NCBI GenBank assembly: GCA_013265495.1
Contig: MU058252.1
Coordinates: forward strand, 2,142,244-2,206,243
Origin: Vicugna vicugna
Lineage: Eukaryota
Direction: 5' to 3'
Length of the DNA stretch: 64,000 bases
In this document: piece by piece, positions 1 to 12,920 of the stretch
Layout: each line of letters begins with the position of its first letter
Numbering within the stretch: the first letter of the stretch is position 1
Program-made: the position numbers and the translations under genes
The notes under the pieces: model-generated
What the model saw: the letters and a program-made list of their open reading frames with translations, nothing else
What the model was told of the DNA's origin: nothing
The model's database searches: none

Positions 1-729
1 ACAAACAGGTGTTTCCCGTAACTGAACGTCAAGTACGCATATGTAAGTCTTTCGATTAATACTGCAAACCTGCCCTCCAGAAAGGTCACACAAGTTTGCA
101 GTCCGAGGAGCAGCAGACAGAGGTGCTACCAAACTTGCCCCACATGAAGCCAGTTTAGGGTTACATGGAGAAATAGCTCAGCATTGGCTTAACTTGCGTT
201 ATTTTCATTGTATGCTGTCAGTTGTGTTTCTTCTTTCTAATTTACTGTTCTCAGTCTTTGCCAATCATTTTGACTAAGATAGTTGATCAATAATTAATAT
301 ATCAGCTCCTCTAAATCAATATTCTTGTGGTTAATATTTTTATTATTTGCCTTTTAGTTTTTCTCCCTTTTTTTGAAATATTTTATTTTTGTGTTTTGCA
401 TTCCACTTTCTCCTCTATGGTTTCTGCCTATTTATTCATGTTTAGAACTGCTTCTCTCTTCCAATATTGTATAAATTTTTATCTTAATTTTCTTGTAGTC
501 CCTTTATGAAGGGGAGTTATTCTCTTATTTACAGGCACTGTAATTTGAATTGTGTGTAATTTTCACAAAAATATGAATTTCCACAAAAAAGAAAATACTC
601 TTCATCTTCTGTTTTTTTCCCCAACAATTCAAAGGCATAAACGACAATCTTATCTCACATGCTGTACTTGGAGCTCTGAAGCTTGCTCTGTAGCGCAGTC
701 CTCTCTCAGGATGCCAGGCAGGGCAGTGA

Positions 730-1063
730 GCGCAGTCCCCAGGCAGCCCCGTGATCACGAGGGGAAACCACGATGCTCTGACCACCGTTCTGGACCCAGA
801 CAGACGTGCCACTTTCCACTGTCAGTACAGCCTCCAGTAAATTCCACGAGATGCTCAACTCTTACTATAGAATAGGCTTTGTGCTAGAGGGTTTTGCCCA
901 CCTGTAGGCTAATGGGAGAGTTCTGAGCACGGGTAAGGCGGGCTGGGCTAAGCTGTGATGTGCGGTGGGGGAGGTGTAGTAAATGCATTTTTCACTTAGG
1001 ATATTTTCAGTTCAACAGTGGGCTTATGGGGAAGTAACTCCATTGTAAGTCAGGAGAGATCTG
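730..1063 (-). mobile_element. MER47/Tigger-type TcMar DNA transposon fossil
   Basis: 'aataggctttgtgctagagggttttgcccacctgtaggctaatg...aaatgcatttttcacttaggatattttcag...ccattgtaagtcaggagagatctg' resembles the reverse complement of MER47A, including its terminal end. Confidence 0.65.
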
Positions 1064-1229
1064 TGCTTCGATTGTTTAAATTATTATCATTCATTTATTT
1101 ACTCTTTTCTTTCTCTTGAATAAGTACATATGAGTGGAATCCTTCCTCACAGGACGGGGGCATGTTTCACTCTATAACACCCCACCTAGAGCCTTTCCAA
1201 ATTCATTGCCTGTAGTTTCTCCCCCCAGT

Positions 1230-2110
1230 CCAGTGACGGAGGAGCCTTTCAGGGGCTTCACATCCACCTCAGCACTTGGTCAGTTTTATTTCAGCCATTC
1301 TAATTCATTTTTAATTTTTTCCCCTGATAATGTAAAATATGAACAACTTCTTTTTTCCCTGTGCTTATAGGCTTCTTAAATTAATTCTCTTTTTGTTCAG
1401 ATCCTTTTACACCTTGCTACTGGTGGTTTATCTTTCTGCTGTTGATTTGTAGGAACTCTGTATATTCTGGATACAAGACCTTTGCCAGATGTATGCATGC
1501 AAGTGTATTCTCCTAGTCTGCCTTTCATTCTCCTAATGGTGTCTTTTGATGAGTAAAAGCTGTCAGTATTGATGAAGTCCAGTTTATCTGTGCATGTGAG
1601 TGTGTGTGTGTGTGTTAACTTCTTTATGTGTCTTTTCTGAGAAATGTATTTAGACCCGTTTTAGGGTCCAGCATGTGCGCTTCTTCAGTGGAAGTTCACG
1701 TGTCTCAACCATCTCTCCTCTCCTTCCGGAGCTCCAGTTATACATGTGTTTGATCACGTGATGTCTCGGACTTCAACCAGCCTCTGTTCTCTTTGTTTGA
1801 TCTTTTCTTTTCTCCTCTCTGTTCTTCAGACTGGATAAAAACTGTTGATCTATCCTCAAGTCCACAGACTATTTCTCCAGCCATCTCCAATCAGGTGCTA
1901 AGAACGTCCAGTGATTTTTTTAAATTTCAGATATTTTTTCAGTTCTCCGATCCCCACTTATTTTTTATACTGCACATTTCTCTGCTAGGACCACCCATCT
2001 CTTCACTCCTAAGGATGATTTTTCCCTTTAAGCCCTTGAACTTATTTATAATAGCTGTGCTTGGTTTAGTGTCTGAGCATCCCAAGATGGTGATGCTCTC
2101 GGGGTCTGAT
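1230..2110 (-). mobile_element. Old L1 fragments (3' region plus ORF1 remnant)
   Basis: 'ttgatttgtaggaactctgtatattctggatacaagacctttgccagat' is typical antisense L1. The minus ORF 1939-2163 (TAIINKFKGLKGK...REMCSIKNK) resembles a decayed L1 ORF1p coiled coil. Confidence 0.6.
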
Positions 2111-3904
2111 CCTTGGACTCCGTCCTCTCGAGGATGCCCAGTGCTGGCTGTCCCTGTGCACATCTAGCCTTCCAGCCGCTGCTTTCTCCGGGCTACTTGG
2201 TGTCTTCTGGATGCATCTGCGCATAACATCACAAGTCAGTTAACATTTGTGGGACTTTTATAGGCAGACCTTGGCCCTCTCCCACTGTGGCTCCTTCATT
2301 TCTGAGATTTCCCACCTCTGTGTCCAGCCGCCCTGGCTGCCTCAAGCTCTCTCCTCTCCACCTGCAGCCCATAAGCCTGGGGCTTTCTGCTTTCTTTCTA
2401 ATTATGCTGCACCCACAACCTGGAGAGGCTCGTTAGGGGAAGGATGGATCTAACTTAGCGAAGTTCTCCCCTTTCAAGGGCTCAGCTTATCCCTGCTTTT
2501 AGGAAATCTCTAGAAGTTGTGTTACTGTAAAAATTTTCCCCCAGAGTTTACAAGGTTAGTCTGAGACACACTACTTAACCACGGCTGAAGTCACAACTGT
2601 TCACATCCGTGTTTTAGCCCATGAGCACCTTCTCTCGGGCTGTGTGTTAGGGTGCTGTTCACCTGTCCTTTAACAGTCTTTGTGTTTGTACTTTTATTTC
2701 TATACGTTCTCTGAATATTTTTCTAATTCAGCCTGTTACTTTTGAGTCTCTTGTTCGGTTGTTGAGCTTCCGTGGCTTCTTTAAACACACTAAGCCTATG
2801 CATTTTATTTGCTGGCTTCTGTATCTTGGGGCCTGCCATAGAGGGAGAGGCTTTTTCCTTTTCATTTTGATTTATGATGGCTTATTTTTTCACATTTATT
2901 TGAGCTGATTTTTCTTGTAAGCTTTTCCCCCTTTGGAACTTCCGCTGGAGGAGTTCTTTGAGCGTGGACATGAAAGTGCATTCCTGCAGAGGAGAATTTG
3001 TTGTCTTTTCTTCAATCAAAATGTGGAGGACATTTCCAAAATTGGATTGCCTGAAACTCGTGTTTTGGCTTGATGTTTTCTGGGCCGTATAACTCATGTG
3101 AATCTGGAAGTGGTCAGGAATAATTGTTTTTCTTTTTTTGAATGTTCCATGGAGTATTAAGGCTGCACCAGGTGATTTTCCCTCAGGACCCCTGCAGAGG
3201 TATGCTTTCTCTGTCACCACCAGTGTCACCCTGAGACACTGTAACTCAGGCTCCAGCCTTCCACCCCGTTCCCGGGCTGCTTGGGACCAGAACTTGTCTC
3301 CTTTCCTGATGCCCCATAAAAACCATAAATATTCTCCCACTTTGACTCCTATTAAACCACACATTTAAAAAAAAAAAACGAAAGAACAATTTAACATTTT
3401 AGCCATCATTTCTTTTGGAATGCCTTGAAAGCCGTCTTTTCCAAAGGTCTACTTAGCAATTTTGCTGGAAATGGAAGTTCTCCTATCAGCTTTTGCTTCA
3501 CGTATTTCAAAGCTGCACCTTTAATACATAAAGGCTTCTGACTGGTTTTGATGTTGTTGGAGAATTTTCTCCAAGAACCGCCCCTCCTTGCACGACCCAC
3601 TGACACTGCCTTTGTGTTCTGTTTTGTCTCATGCAGGCATCACCACACCTCTCTTTGTCAGCATTTGCTTGGTATTTTCTTTATAAATCTTTATTTTTTT
3701 CCTCGTTTTTCTTTAGTGCCTTATATTGAGTGAAAAAGCAAAATTAACTTGCAGTCTGTTTACAAGAACACCCCTGCTATTTAATAGGTAAGTGTGGTCT
3801 CACTGGTAATTACTGGGCGTGTGAATATTTTGGGTCATATTCCTGCTGGATTACTCGGCGCCTTCTTTTAATGCTCTCCAGCCTCTTCTCTTTCCCCTGT
3901 GTGT

Positions 3905-4335
3905 ATTATTATCTATCACTGTATACAAGTGTCACCAAACTCAACAGCTTAAACAACACACATTTACTGCCTCAGTGCCCCTGGCTCAGGCGTTGGGACA
4001 CAGCCTACTGGCTCCTCTGCTCACGTCTCACAAGCATGCAGCCCAGGGGTCCACTGTGGCCGCAGTCTCATCTGAGGCTTCCCAGGAGAAGGGCCCACTT
4101 CCGATCCACGTGGGCAGGGGCCGCATTCAGCTCCTGGGGGGTGGCTGGAGGGAGGGGCTGCGTTGCTTGCTGGCTGCCGGCAGGACGCCACCGTCCTCGC
4201 CATGCGGAACTCACAACAGGGCAGCCGGCGGCGTCTTCAAAGCCAGCAGGGGGCGGACCTGCCCGGAGGGCGAGCCCAAACGCGCCACCGCCTTGGCCGC
4301 GTCCCCCGTCAGCCGGCCTCCACGCCCAAGGGGGG
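3905..4335 (-). mobile_element. MLT1-type (ERVL-MaLR) LTR remnant, unusually GC/CpG-rich
   Basis: 'caccaaactcaacagcttaaacaacacacatttact...gcagtctcatctgaggctt...gcattcagctcctgggg' follows the MLT1 motif order. Confidence 0.65.
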
Positions 4336-7185
4336 CGGCCCCGAGGGGTCTGTTCACCGCGCCGCGCAGGCTCGTTCTGCGTTGGGGGCGTTTTCTTCGT
4401 TGCTTTTTTTAATGCTTTGGATTATTTATATTTTAACCTTCCTGCACAGCCACACGTCCTCAACTGCGTCTCGAGTTGATCAGAGTATATATTCTTCACC
4501 AAATTTTTAATTCATCATACTATGTATTAAAAATATTAGTGCAAATTGGACATGATCGCTAGGAGAGTGAACCCTAAGCATAATTACGATTTAGGAGGAA
4601 TTCCTCACTCTGGACACCTGTGCGATGCTACGCTCGGGCCGTGTATGGTGCTTTTGCCACTCACCTCTGAGCCCAGGTGTAAACACGCCTGCCCTGGGTC
4701 TCATTTTCAAGGGACCTCTGTTTGCCAGCTTATTAGAATAATGACTGTAGCTTCAAGTGTTAATCGCTAATAATGTCCTTTTATGTAATCATCCAAATCT
4801 CATTTTCAAGATAACCAAGGCTTCTGTGCCTTAATCCAAGGGAGCGGGCAGCGTGGGGACCGTGGCCTCTGGGAGAGGATCAGTCACACGCGCGCGCTCT
4901 GGCAGGACGGTCAGCCCGGACAAGTCAAGGGCATGCGTGGGGTCAGAATGTCCTTCTGCGTCAGTGTGAACCTCTGGCATTTGAAAATGCCAGAACGCAA
5001 CTCTAGTTAAAACACCCAAATAGTGTTAGACTTCCTGTCACCTAATTCACTTACTCTCTTTACTTTGCAAGTAGAGGAAATATTGATGGAAATTAAAATA
5101 CGTGCTCCAAGTTAATTCCTTTTCTGTTATGGAGAAGATTTTAAAAATAGAAGTAATGTGTTTCCTTACAAGACCACATTTTAGGTCACAAAGTAGACTA
5201 AAGCATTCATCTCAAATTTTTTTATCATTTCCCTTTTTTTTTCACATATTAGGGGCAAAATCCTTAATAGCCATTTAGAAAAGATTGGACTTCGGTCCAA
5301 TGTATGCTTATTAGTATGTGCGTCCTTAGGACTCAGAAATTCTGTGTGTGTGTGTATAAAATTACTGGCGTGAGTTGCTGTAGTCAGTATTTAAAGTGCT
5401 AAGCTCAACAAAAATCTAAAATTCTATCAGAAAGGAGCTATTTCTACTGCTTGAAAAATGTCCTCTCTCCCCAGCCTCTGCTCGCAGCTTTCTGGCTGTG
5501 ACTTTGGAACAAAGCCATGATTCTGCCCCCGGAGAATGTTTGGGGATAGACTTTGAATATTAAGTCATTTGGGATGATGTTTTTTCATTTGATGCTAGCA
5601 TCCACTGCTCATGCAGCGTTAAGACATCAGTTGAACTATAGAGAATGCAGAATTGATCTTGCGCTTAGACCGGTTACGATGCTTAGCATACACGCCCGCG
5701 TCCGGAGTGCCGTCTGACCCCGGCATGGCCGTGGGGGCTTTGGTGATGTTCGGTTTGCCTGGTAGGACTCAGATCACTTCTGCAGAATCCTAAAGCCTCA
5801 CTGAGACAACGCCACGTGGTTGAAATCTGTGATAATTTGGATGTGGTCAAGGTCGGCTGTCCTTTGTATCAGTGAGGAACAAATTCACAAAGTAAATTAA
5901 ATTGTATAAAAATATTATAAGCTGCGTTCTCGGTTGACTCCAGGTTTCTCTCTGGCTCTAAACTGGGGGTGGTGTGACTCAAGCCCCATCTACCCACCGA
6001 TGTGTGGCTCCCTCTCATTCTAATTAGTCATTAACATACGTCCACCCCTAAGGATGGTGTGGGGCGCTCCCTCCCTCAGCCTGGTTCGAGTTGTGGGTTC
6101 TTCAACTTTTCGTTGTTTCTTCTTCCCCTTCTGCTTCTTGCTTGAAAACAAGGTAATCTTCTATGCGATCAGTTGGAAGAGGGACTCACTGGAATCAGTG
6201 AACGGACACCCGGTAGATGCGTTGTTACAATAATTGTGAGAAGGACACGGTGGTGAATGTAGGCACCAGGAACAAGGTTCTTCTTCCGGGGTTTGGGACA
6301 GTCACCCCAGGATTGGTCCTGCTGCAGCGAGGTGATGGCAACAGTTCTCAGTGTCGAGGGAGGCAGGGGTGCTGGTAGGACCATAAGCACGGTTTTCTCC
6401 AGGGAAGGTCTGGCCTGGCCAGGGCCCGATGCTTGCTCTCTGTCCCCCTCCCTCCATATATTCCTCTATGACGCCGCCTCCCACCCCTGCCTCCCCCATC
6501 ACAGAAAAGGCTCCAGGTAATTGCGTAATTCACGTGTCAGTATTTCTGAGAATCGTTTACTTCCTTTGAAAGCTTGTCAGCTGCCACGTGTCCAGCTTGC
6601 TGTGTGGAGTTAAATCCACTGCTCTGGTCCCCAGTCTCTCCCCACGCAGCTTCGGGGACATTCTTCGTTCCCTTCAGCTTTACACAGCAATGTTTCATGA
6701 AGATGAGCGTTTCATTTCCGTTTCCACGTGCAGGAGTTGCTGAATGGGAGGGGGAAGGCCCATGGCTGGGTTTGGCGGAGTTAAGGGAGACTGTAGGTGA
6801 TTATTTTTATCTGGAACGACTGAGGCAGCACCAGGCTGCGCGGTGACAGTGTATTGTGGTGTGTGGTGTGTGATGACGCGACAAAGTGAGGTCTATACCC
6901 TCTCGCCACCTGCTCTGCCATTCAGACACTCCCGACTATCCCAGTGTGACCTGCGGGTTGAGCACGTGTCCTGTGCGTTTCCTTGGTGGGCTGGATCTTT
7001 AAACTGGGAACACAGCCCACAGATGAGAATAAATGCATAGAACTGATCACAAAATAACAAGCTGTGCTACTACAAGCAGTACCCCTGCGCCATGGGACCA
7101 TTAGAGCCTCTCGGTACAGGGTCTGAGGCTGTTGTGGGAGGTGGGTCAGACACACTGAGGCCGGGCCAGGAAGAGATGAGATGAC

Positions 7186-7256
7186 CGTCTCCAGGTCCAT
7201 CCATGTTGCTGCAAGTGGCATGATTTCATTCTTTTTATGGCTGAGTAGTATTCCAC

Positions 7257-7291
<35 letters not shown>

Positions 7292-7425
7292 ACCCCTAAG
7301 TGAAATTATCACCTATGATGCACGTGTAGGTTGTTTCCAGGTCTCAGCTATTGTAAACAGTGCTGCTGTGAACATTGGGGTGCACGTATGTTTTCGAATT
7401 AGAGTTTCCTCTGGATATATGCCCT
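7186..7425 (-). mobile_element. L1 3' fragment with internal (TG)n
   Basis: 'ctccaggtccatccatgttgctgcaagtggcatgatttcattctttttatggctgagtagtattcc' is an L1 3' hallmark; (TG)n at ~7261-7289. Confidence 0.85.
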
Positions 7426-9084
7426 AGATCTTAAAAAGTGGACCACTATTTCAGCCTCAAGGAATGACTCACAGAGAATTAAGTTTCAAGTTCTCTGGCA
7501 CCTGGGGGGATCTCCACCGTGTTAGGGGACGAGGCTCTACAAGGCACCTCCGACCCTCCAGGTGCCCCATCACCCTTCTCCACCTTCTCAGTGCCCCGGG
7601 GACCGCATCCTTGCTCCATGGCTTCTGATTGGGTTGGGCCAGAGGGAGGCACTGGCAGGAGGCTCAGTGCAGGCCAAAGGGAGCAAATTAGACATTTCTT
7701 CCCCAACTCTCTCCCCACTGATTCCCAGCCTCTGCACATACCTACCCTTCCTGGGGTCTAGCCCCCACCTCCTGCCTCTAGTCCCTTCAAGCCTAGGATT
7801 GGGGGTGGCTCCCAGTTCCTAGCTCCAGGTACCACACTACCTGGGGTTGGCTTCCCCCAATCTTGCCGACTGCTTAAAATAGCCCTTTGTCACACCGCCC
7901 TCGGTTCCCGGTGTGAGTGTGCCCTGTGCCTCCTGCCGTGGGCACGCCTGCTGCCCTTTAAACCACAGCCTTCCCATGTTTCCATGGCTTCTGAGCCATT
8001 TAGAGAACGTTCCCCCGCATTTCCTTTTATCATCACTTGAAACAGCTGACATTTTGACCTTTGGCCTAGAGATGCTCACAGGCCCGTCTGATGTGCCAGC
8101 AAAGCTGGGAAGAGGTAAATGAGCGCTCCTCGCCTGCATATTCCTGTTTTAATTATGGAGAATATGGTAATTCTTAAAAGCCTTACTGAGATGCTTAGAA
8201 AAGTAGCAGGTGTTACAGAATTGCATTTTTATTATCCTTCCCCGTATCAGATGTGGAAATCATGGTGTCTCCAGCTATTTTACCACTTGCTAAATGTTCC
8301 TAGTCAGTTATCACAGATAATGCTTCTTTTTACATCATATGTAGGCAATTAGAGGCTTTCAGGTTAATTAATTTTCTATATTGGAAGACAAGACTTTATA
8401 GAAATTTAAGACAGCAGGATTAATAACAATAATAGTGATCATAAACTGTGAATTTGTTACAATTTATGCGTATGAAAATGGAGTCCCTGCTGGAAAAATA
8501 TTTAAAATTGTAGCTAAAATGTAGATTCTCAAAATGTAAACTCTCTGTGTAGCTGTGCTTTCTAAGTAGGACGTACCTGGCCAAGGACTTAACGTGAAGC
8601 AGTGGTCGTTGATTGTCCCACACGTACCATTTTCTCTAATGCATCTTTCTATCCAGAAGGTGCAAATCATCCCCAGAGTGGCACTGCCAAATGAGACGAG
8701 GAAGGCAGTTGGGGTGAAGGGTAAACCGGAGGTGGAAAACTAAGAAGCCAGGAGTTGGGTCTGAAGATAAAGCATGTGCCCTGGAACTTCTACCATGAGC
8801 TGTGCACCCACCCCAACGGAGAGAAAAGCCATGAGCTGTGTGCCACACACACTGTCCCCAGGACACACCACCCGGTCAGGTGGGGCTAATCGTGTTCTAG
8901 CATCACGAAGAAGAGAAGTTTACTCATTGAAAGGGACATTGTGGCAGTGGAAGGGCAGTTCTCATGTTGACATCACTGGACTGGTTTCACGGGACTACTT
9001 CTCAATGAATTCTTCGCTCTGGACAGATAACATAGCCCAAGGGACAACTTGGTGGTAGCAGTTCTTCAGGGTAAAAGCCCTAAA

Positions 9085-9940
9085 AGGAAATACCGTTTTC
9101 CTTCTCTGTGCACAGAGCATTTCTGATGCCACATGTGCGGGAGTTTTCCCACACCAGCCACTCCTCCAAGTCTCCAGACGCCAACCGCACGGCGCCGTCT
9201 CTCTGGGCTTAGCACACACCCCACGGGTTAAGGACTCAGTCCACAAAACTGCTGCCAATTCAGATGCCAATCACAGGTAGTGGGTCCCCAGATTACCCAC
9301 CTTCTGTCCAACTTGATTACAAATTAGGGGTCCGTGAACCCCTTTTCGGATTCAATAATTTGATATAACGTCTCACCAAACTCAGAGAACCACACTGCTT
9401 ACATTCACTTGTTTCCTATGATGGATGTGATGAAGGAGACGGACGGATCACCAGATGAAGAGGTTCTTAGGGCGAGGTCTGGGGAAGGGGCTCAGAGCTT
9501 CCATGCCTTCCCCGGGCTTGCCTCCTCCCTGGACCTCGCTGTGTTCATCAGCCCAGAAGCTCTCTGAACCCTTTTGCGTAGAGATTTTTATGGAGACTTC
9601 ACTATGCAGGCATGATTGATTTCGACCTTGTCCCCTCTACTCTCCCCAGAGGGTGGGCAGATGGAGCTGAAAGTTCTCATCCGATTTGGGCTTTCTGGTG
9701 ACCAGCCCCCATCTCAAGCTACCCGGGAATCCACCCAGAGTCACCGTTAGAACAAAAGACACCGCTGTCGCCCAGGACATCCTCAGGGATTTAGAAGCCC
9801 TGAGTCAGGAACGGGGGTCAAAGAACAAATACTGGAGCAAAAGATGCTCCTAGTACCCCATTCACTTAGGAAACTACAAGGGTTTAGGAGCCCAGTGTCA
9901 AGAGCTGGGGGCAGAGGCCCAATATCTGCTTCTTATTACT
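9085..9940. mobile_element. MER21-like solo LTR
   Basis: 'ttaaggactcagtccacaaaactgctgccaattcagatgcc...ctggtgaccagcccccatc...aagggtttaggagccc' matches MER21-family motifs and is homologous to 26325-27186. Confidence 0.7.
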
Positions 9941-10384
9941 CCAAAGACCCAGAATGGCGCATTGAGGAAGAACCATCTGATGATGGCTTCATCACAGCTG
10001 TCAGTTCATTCATCTTCGCAAAGTTCCTCTCTGGTATCAGAGATCTCCTAGGAGAGTCACAGGGACAAAAACAACAAGCAGCTGGCGGGCATTTACAAGT
10101 GAAACAGGTGAGGGGAGAAGTGCGGACCTGCTTCCATGCGGGGCTTGCTTCACCTCCATCCCCCCAGACCCTGTCACCAAGCTGGGGTGAGGCTTCAGCA
10201 ACCAGCCACCCAGTCTGGACTCGAGAAAGACAGAGGAAGGGAAAGATGAGAAGAGGCAGAACAAGTGTAAAATACCAGGATGGAGTTATAGACGCAGTTG
10301 GGAGTGAAGAAGTTGAGATTTGAAAAAGAAAGAGAACGAAGGAGGGAAAGAAACGAAAAGCAGGTAGGCACCCGCACCGGCGGT

Positions 10385-10895
10385 GACTGAGGTACAGGGC
10401 ACGGCCTGCAAGCTGAGAGCGGCGGCTTTACTGTGGGGGGCATTTCCGAGGACATAAGACTGACGCCTGGGGGGACCTGCTCAGGCAGCTCTGAGGGGCT
10501 GCGCTGAAGGGCAGGGGAGGGGCCAGGATACGGCACGTAGGAGTTTTCACAACCAAGACCAGGGAGTAGGAACCTTACCAGATGACTGTTAATTAAAGAA
10601 AACCAGGCATCTCAAGTTAAGGAATTTAGTGTTCTTCTATGCTGGGGAAGGGGCAAAGGTCTGGGCTCGCTGGAATCACCCCTCTGATAAACACCTTAGC
10701 TCTCTAGGGCCAGTGTCCTGCTCTTCCCCACCCTGAGCCCCCCCAGGGGGCACCGCCGGGGTGGCTGCAGAGGCCAGGCCGCCTGCTGGTCTGCACCCTG
10801 AGTTCCCTCAGCCACTGTGGGTGGGATGGGGACGGGGAGGAGGGTGGGCGGTTGCGGCTGATGACTTGATGGCCACAGCACCTTTACTTACTGCT
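10385..10895. mobile_element. ERV1-class solo LTR (MER34/MER39-like; subfamily uncertain)
   Basis: 'gcagctctgagggg...ctcaagttaaggaatttagtgttcttctatgctggggaagg...caaaggtctgggc' is homologous to 33882-34335. Confidence 0.55.
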
Positions 10896-11854
10896 ATGGC
10901 TGCAGTGTTTTTCGTTTACGCCTGTAATGACTCCTGCTGAGGCCCCAGAGCTATGCCAACGCCAAGGGCGCGATCCTTTGCTCCCAGACCTTGGCCTCTC
11001 AGCGTCAGAGTCAGACCCGATCCGGGTCCCACTGCAGCATCTCACATCTACGTTTTGAATTAAGTGCCTTTCAGCTTTGACAGCACTACTGCCAAGTAAA
11101 CTGGCCCCTTCAGTTGACTCTGAGTGGGCTGATCTCACAAAGCAGCCCCAACTAATTCCCAGCTTTAACTCCGGGGTTTTGTTCTGTTTTCAGAAGTGGT
11201 ACCTAAAGAGTGTCTGAAACAGTTTCTCCTAGCAGACAGGTTTTGTTTTTTTTTTTCCCTAAGTGAAATTACAGCAGCCAAGGGGAAACGAGCTGGATTT
11301 CGGGGCATCAGTTCCATTTTTTTATATTTTAGGTTCCTCCAAACATCTTAACAATCTTAATGCATTCAAAACATTTGAAATGTATTTACAAAAATTATAC
11401 ACTTAAGGAGGTTTAGAGCTGAACAACAAATGGGTAGCATGTTACTTAAAATACATATCATGAAAGGTCAATTTTCTTAATGCAAAAAAAGTCATGCAGG
11501 TCAACTTGAGGAAAAATAAATAGCCCAACAGGGAAAAATAGGCAAATATAATTAAACAATTTATAGGGAAAAAAACATATAAGGAGATGGGTTTATCTTA
11601 AATAGTATTTTAAATCGTATTATCTTAAATAATATTAAACAGTAAGTGAGGTTTTATCTGAAATGTTTTATTTCTTCTTAAAGAAATACACCTGTTAACC
11701 AATTTCTTGACATGCTTGGCATTTCACGTTTTCTTTATTAATTAACTATACCTGTGATGCGTTGCCTTTTATTTCCATTTTTAGTTTCTTTAAAATTTAA
11801 AAATCTTCTAAGCGCAGAATCCTTCTAGGGTTTTCCTTTTTCCCTCTCACAGTC

Positions 11855-12920
11855 TTTTTAAAAAGCTTTATGGAGATAAAATTTTCATACAGAAAATTTC
11901 ACCCATTCGGAGTGTACTTCAAGTAACTTTCAGTATGTTCACAGAGTTGCGCAGCCATCAACTTCATCTAATTTTAGACTAAAAAGAATCCTTATACCCA
12001 TTTGCCATCTTTCCTGGTCTACACTCATCACAAACTCCGATCCTTCCATCCCAGCCCTCTCCCCTGTGTCCAGCTGTAGGCAACCACAGCCATCTGTCTC
12101 TGCAGACTTCCCTTTTCTGGACACTTCATGCAGATGGAACCAGACAATACGTAGTCTTCCGTGACCGGTTTCTTTCACGCAGCATGAAATGTTTATGAGG
12201 TCCCTCTATGTTGCAACATAAACCAGCGCCTCCTTCCTTTTATGGCTGAATAATATTCCATTGTGAGTGTACATCCCACTTCATTTAGCCATTCGTCAGT
12301 TGTGGACATTTGGGTTATTTCCCCCTCTTGCCTATTACAAATCCGGCTGCTATAAACTTTGGTATACAGATTTTTGGTGGGCATATGTTTTCAGTCCTCT
12401 TGAGTATGTACCCAGGATTGTAACTGCTGGGTCAAATGGTAACTTTACACCAGACATTTTGAGGAACTGCCAGAGAGTTTTTTTTGTTAATTTTGTTTTT
12501 TTATAGATGTGTAGTTGATTTACAGTGTTAGTTTCAGGTGCACAGCAAAGTGATTCAGTTATACATATACATACACATATTTTTCAGATTCTTTTCCATT
12601 ATATGTTATTACAAGACATTGAATATAGTTCCCTGTGCTCTACAGTAGGACCTTGTTGTTTATCTATTTTATAGACAGTAATGTGTATCTGTTATCCCCA
12701 AACTCCTAATTTATCCCTCCGCTGCGCTTTCCCCTTCGGTAACCACAGTTTGTTTTCTATGTCTGTGCGGCCAGACTGCTTTATAGCAGCTGCACCATTT
12801 TACACTCCCACCAGCAACATACAACGGTTCCAGTTTCTCGGCACCATCGCCAACAGGTGTTATCATCCGACTCCTTTGTTACAGCAGTTTTAGTGGCTGT
12901 GAAATGATGACCTGTTGTGC
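11855..12920 (-). mobile_element. Old L1M 3' end interrupted by a younger L1 3'-end insertion (~12478-12768)
   Basis: Antisense L1 3'-UTR motifs ('ttttatggctgaataatattccattgt', 'gaggaactgccaga...gctgcaccattttacactcccaccagca') are split by a T-rich young L1 end, with GCCAGA on both sides. Confidence 0.8.

Noticed and set aside
3871..4479. 202-aa ORF
   Set aside because: Overlaps an MLT1 LTR remnant and GC-rich sequence; no homology recognised.
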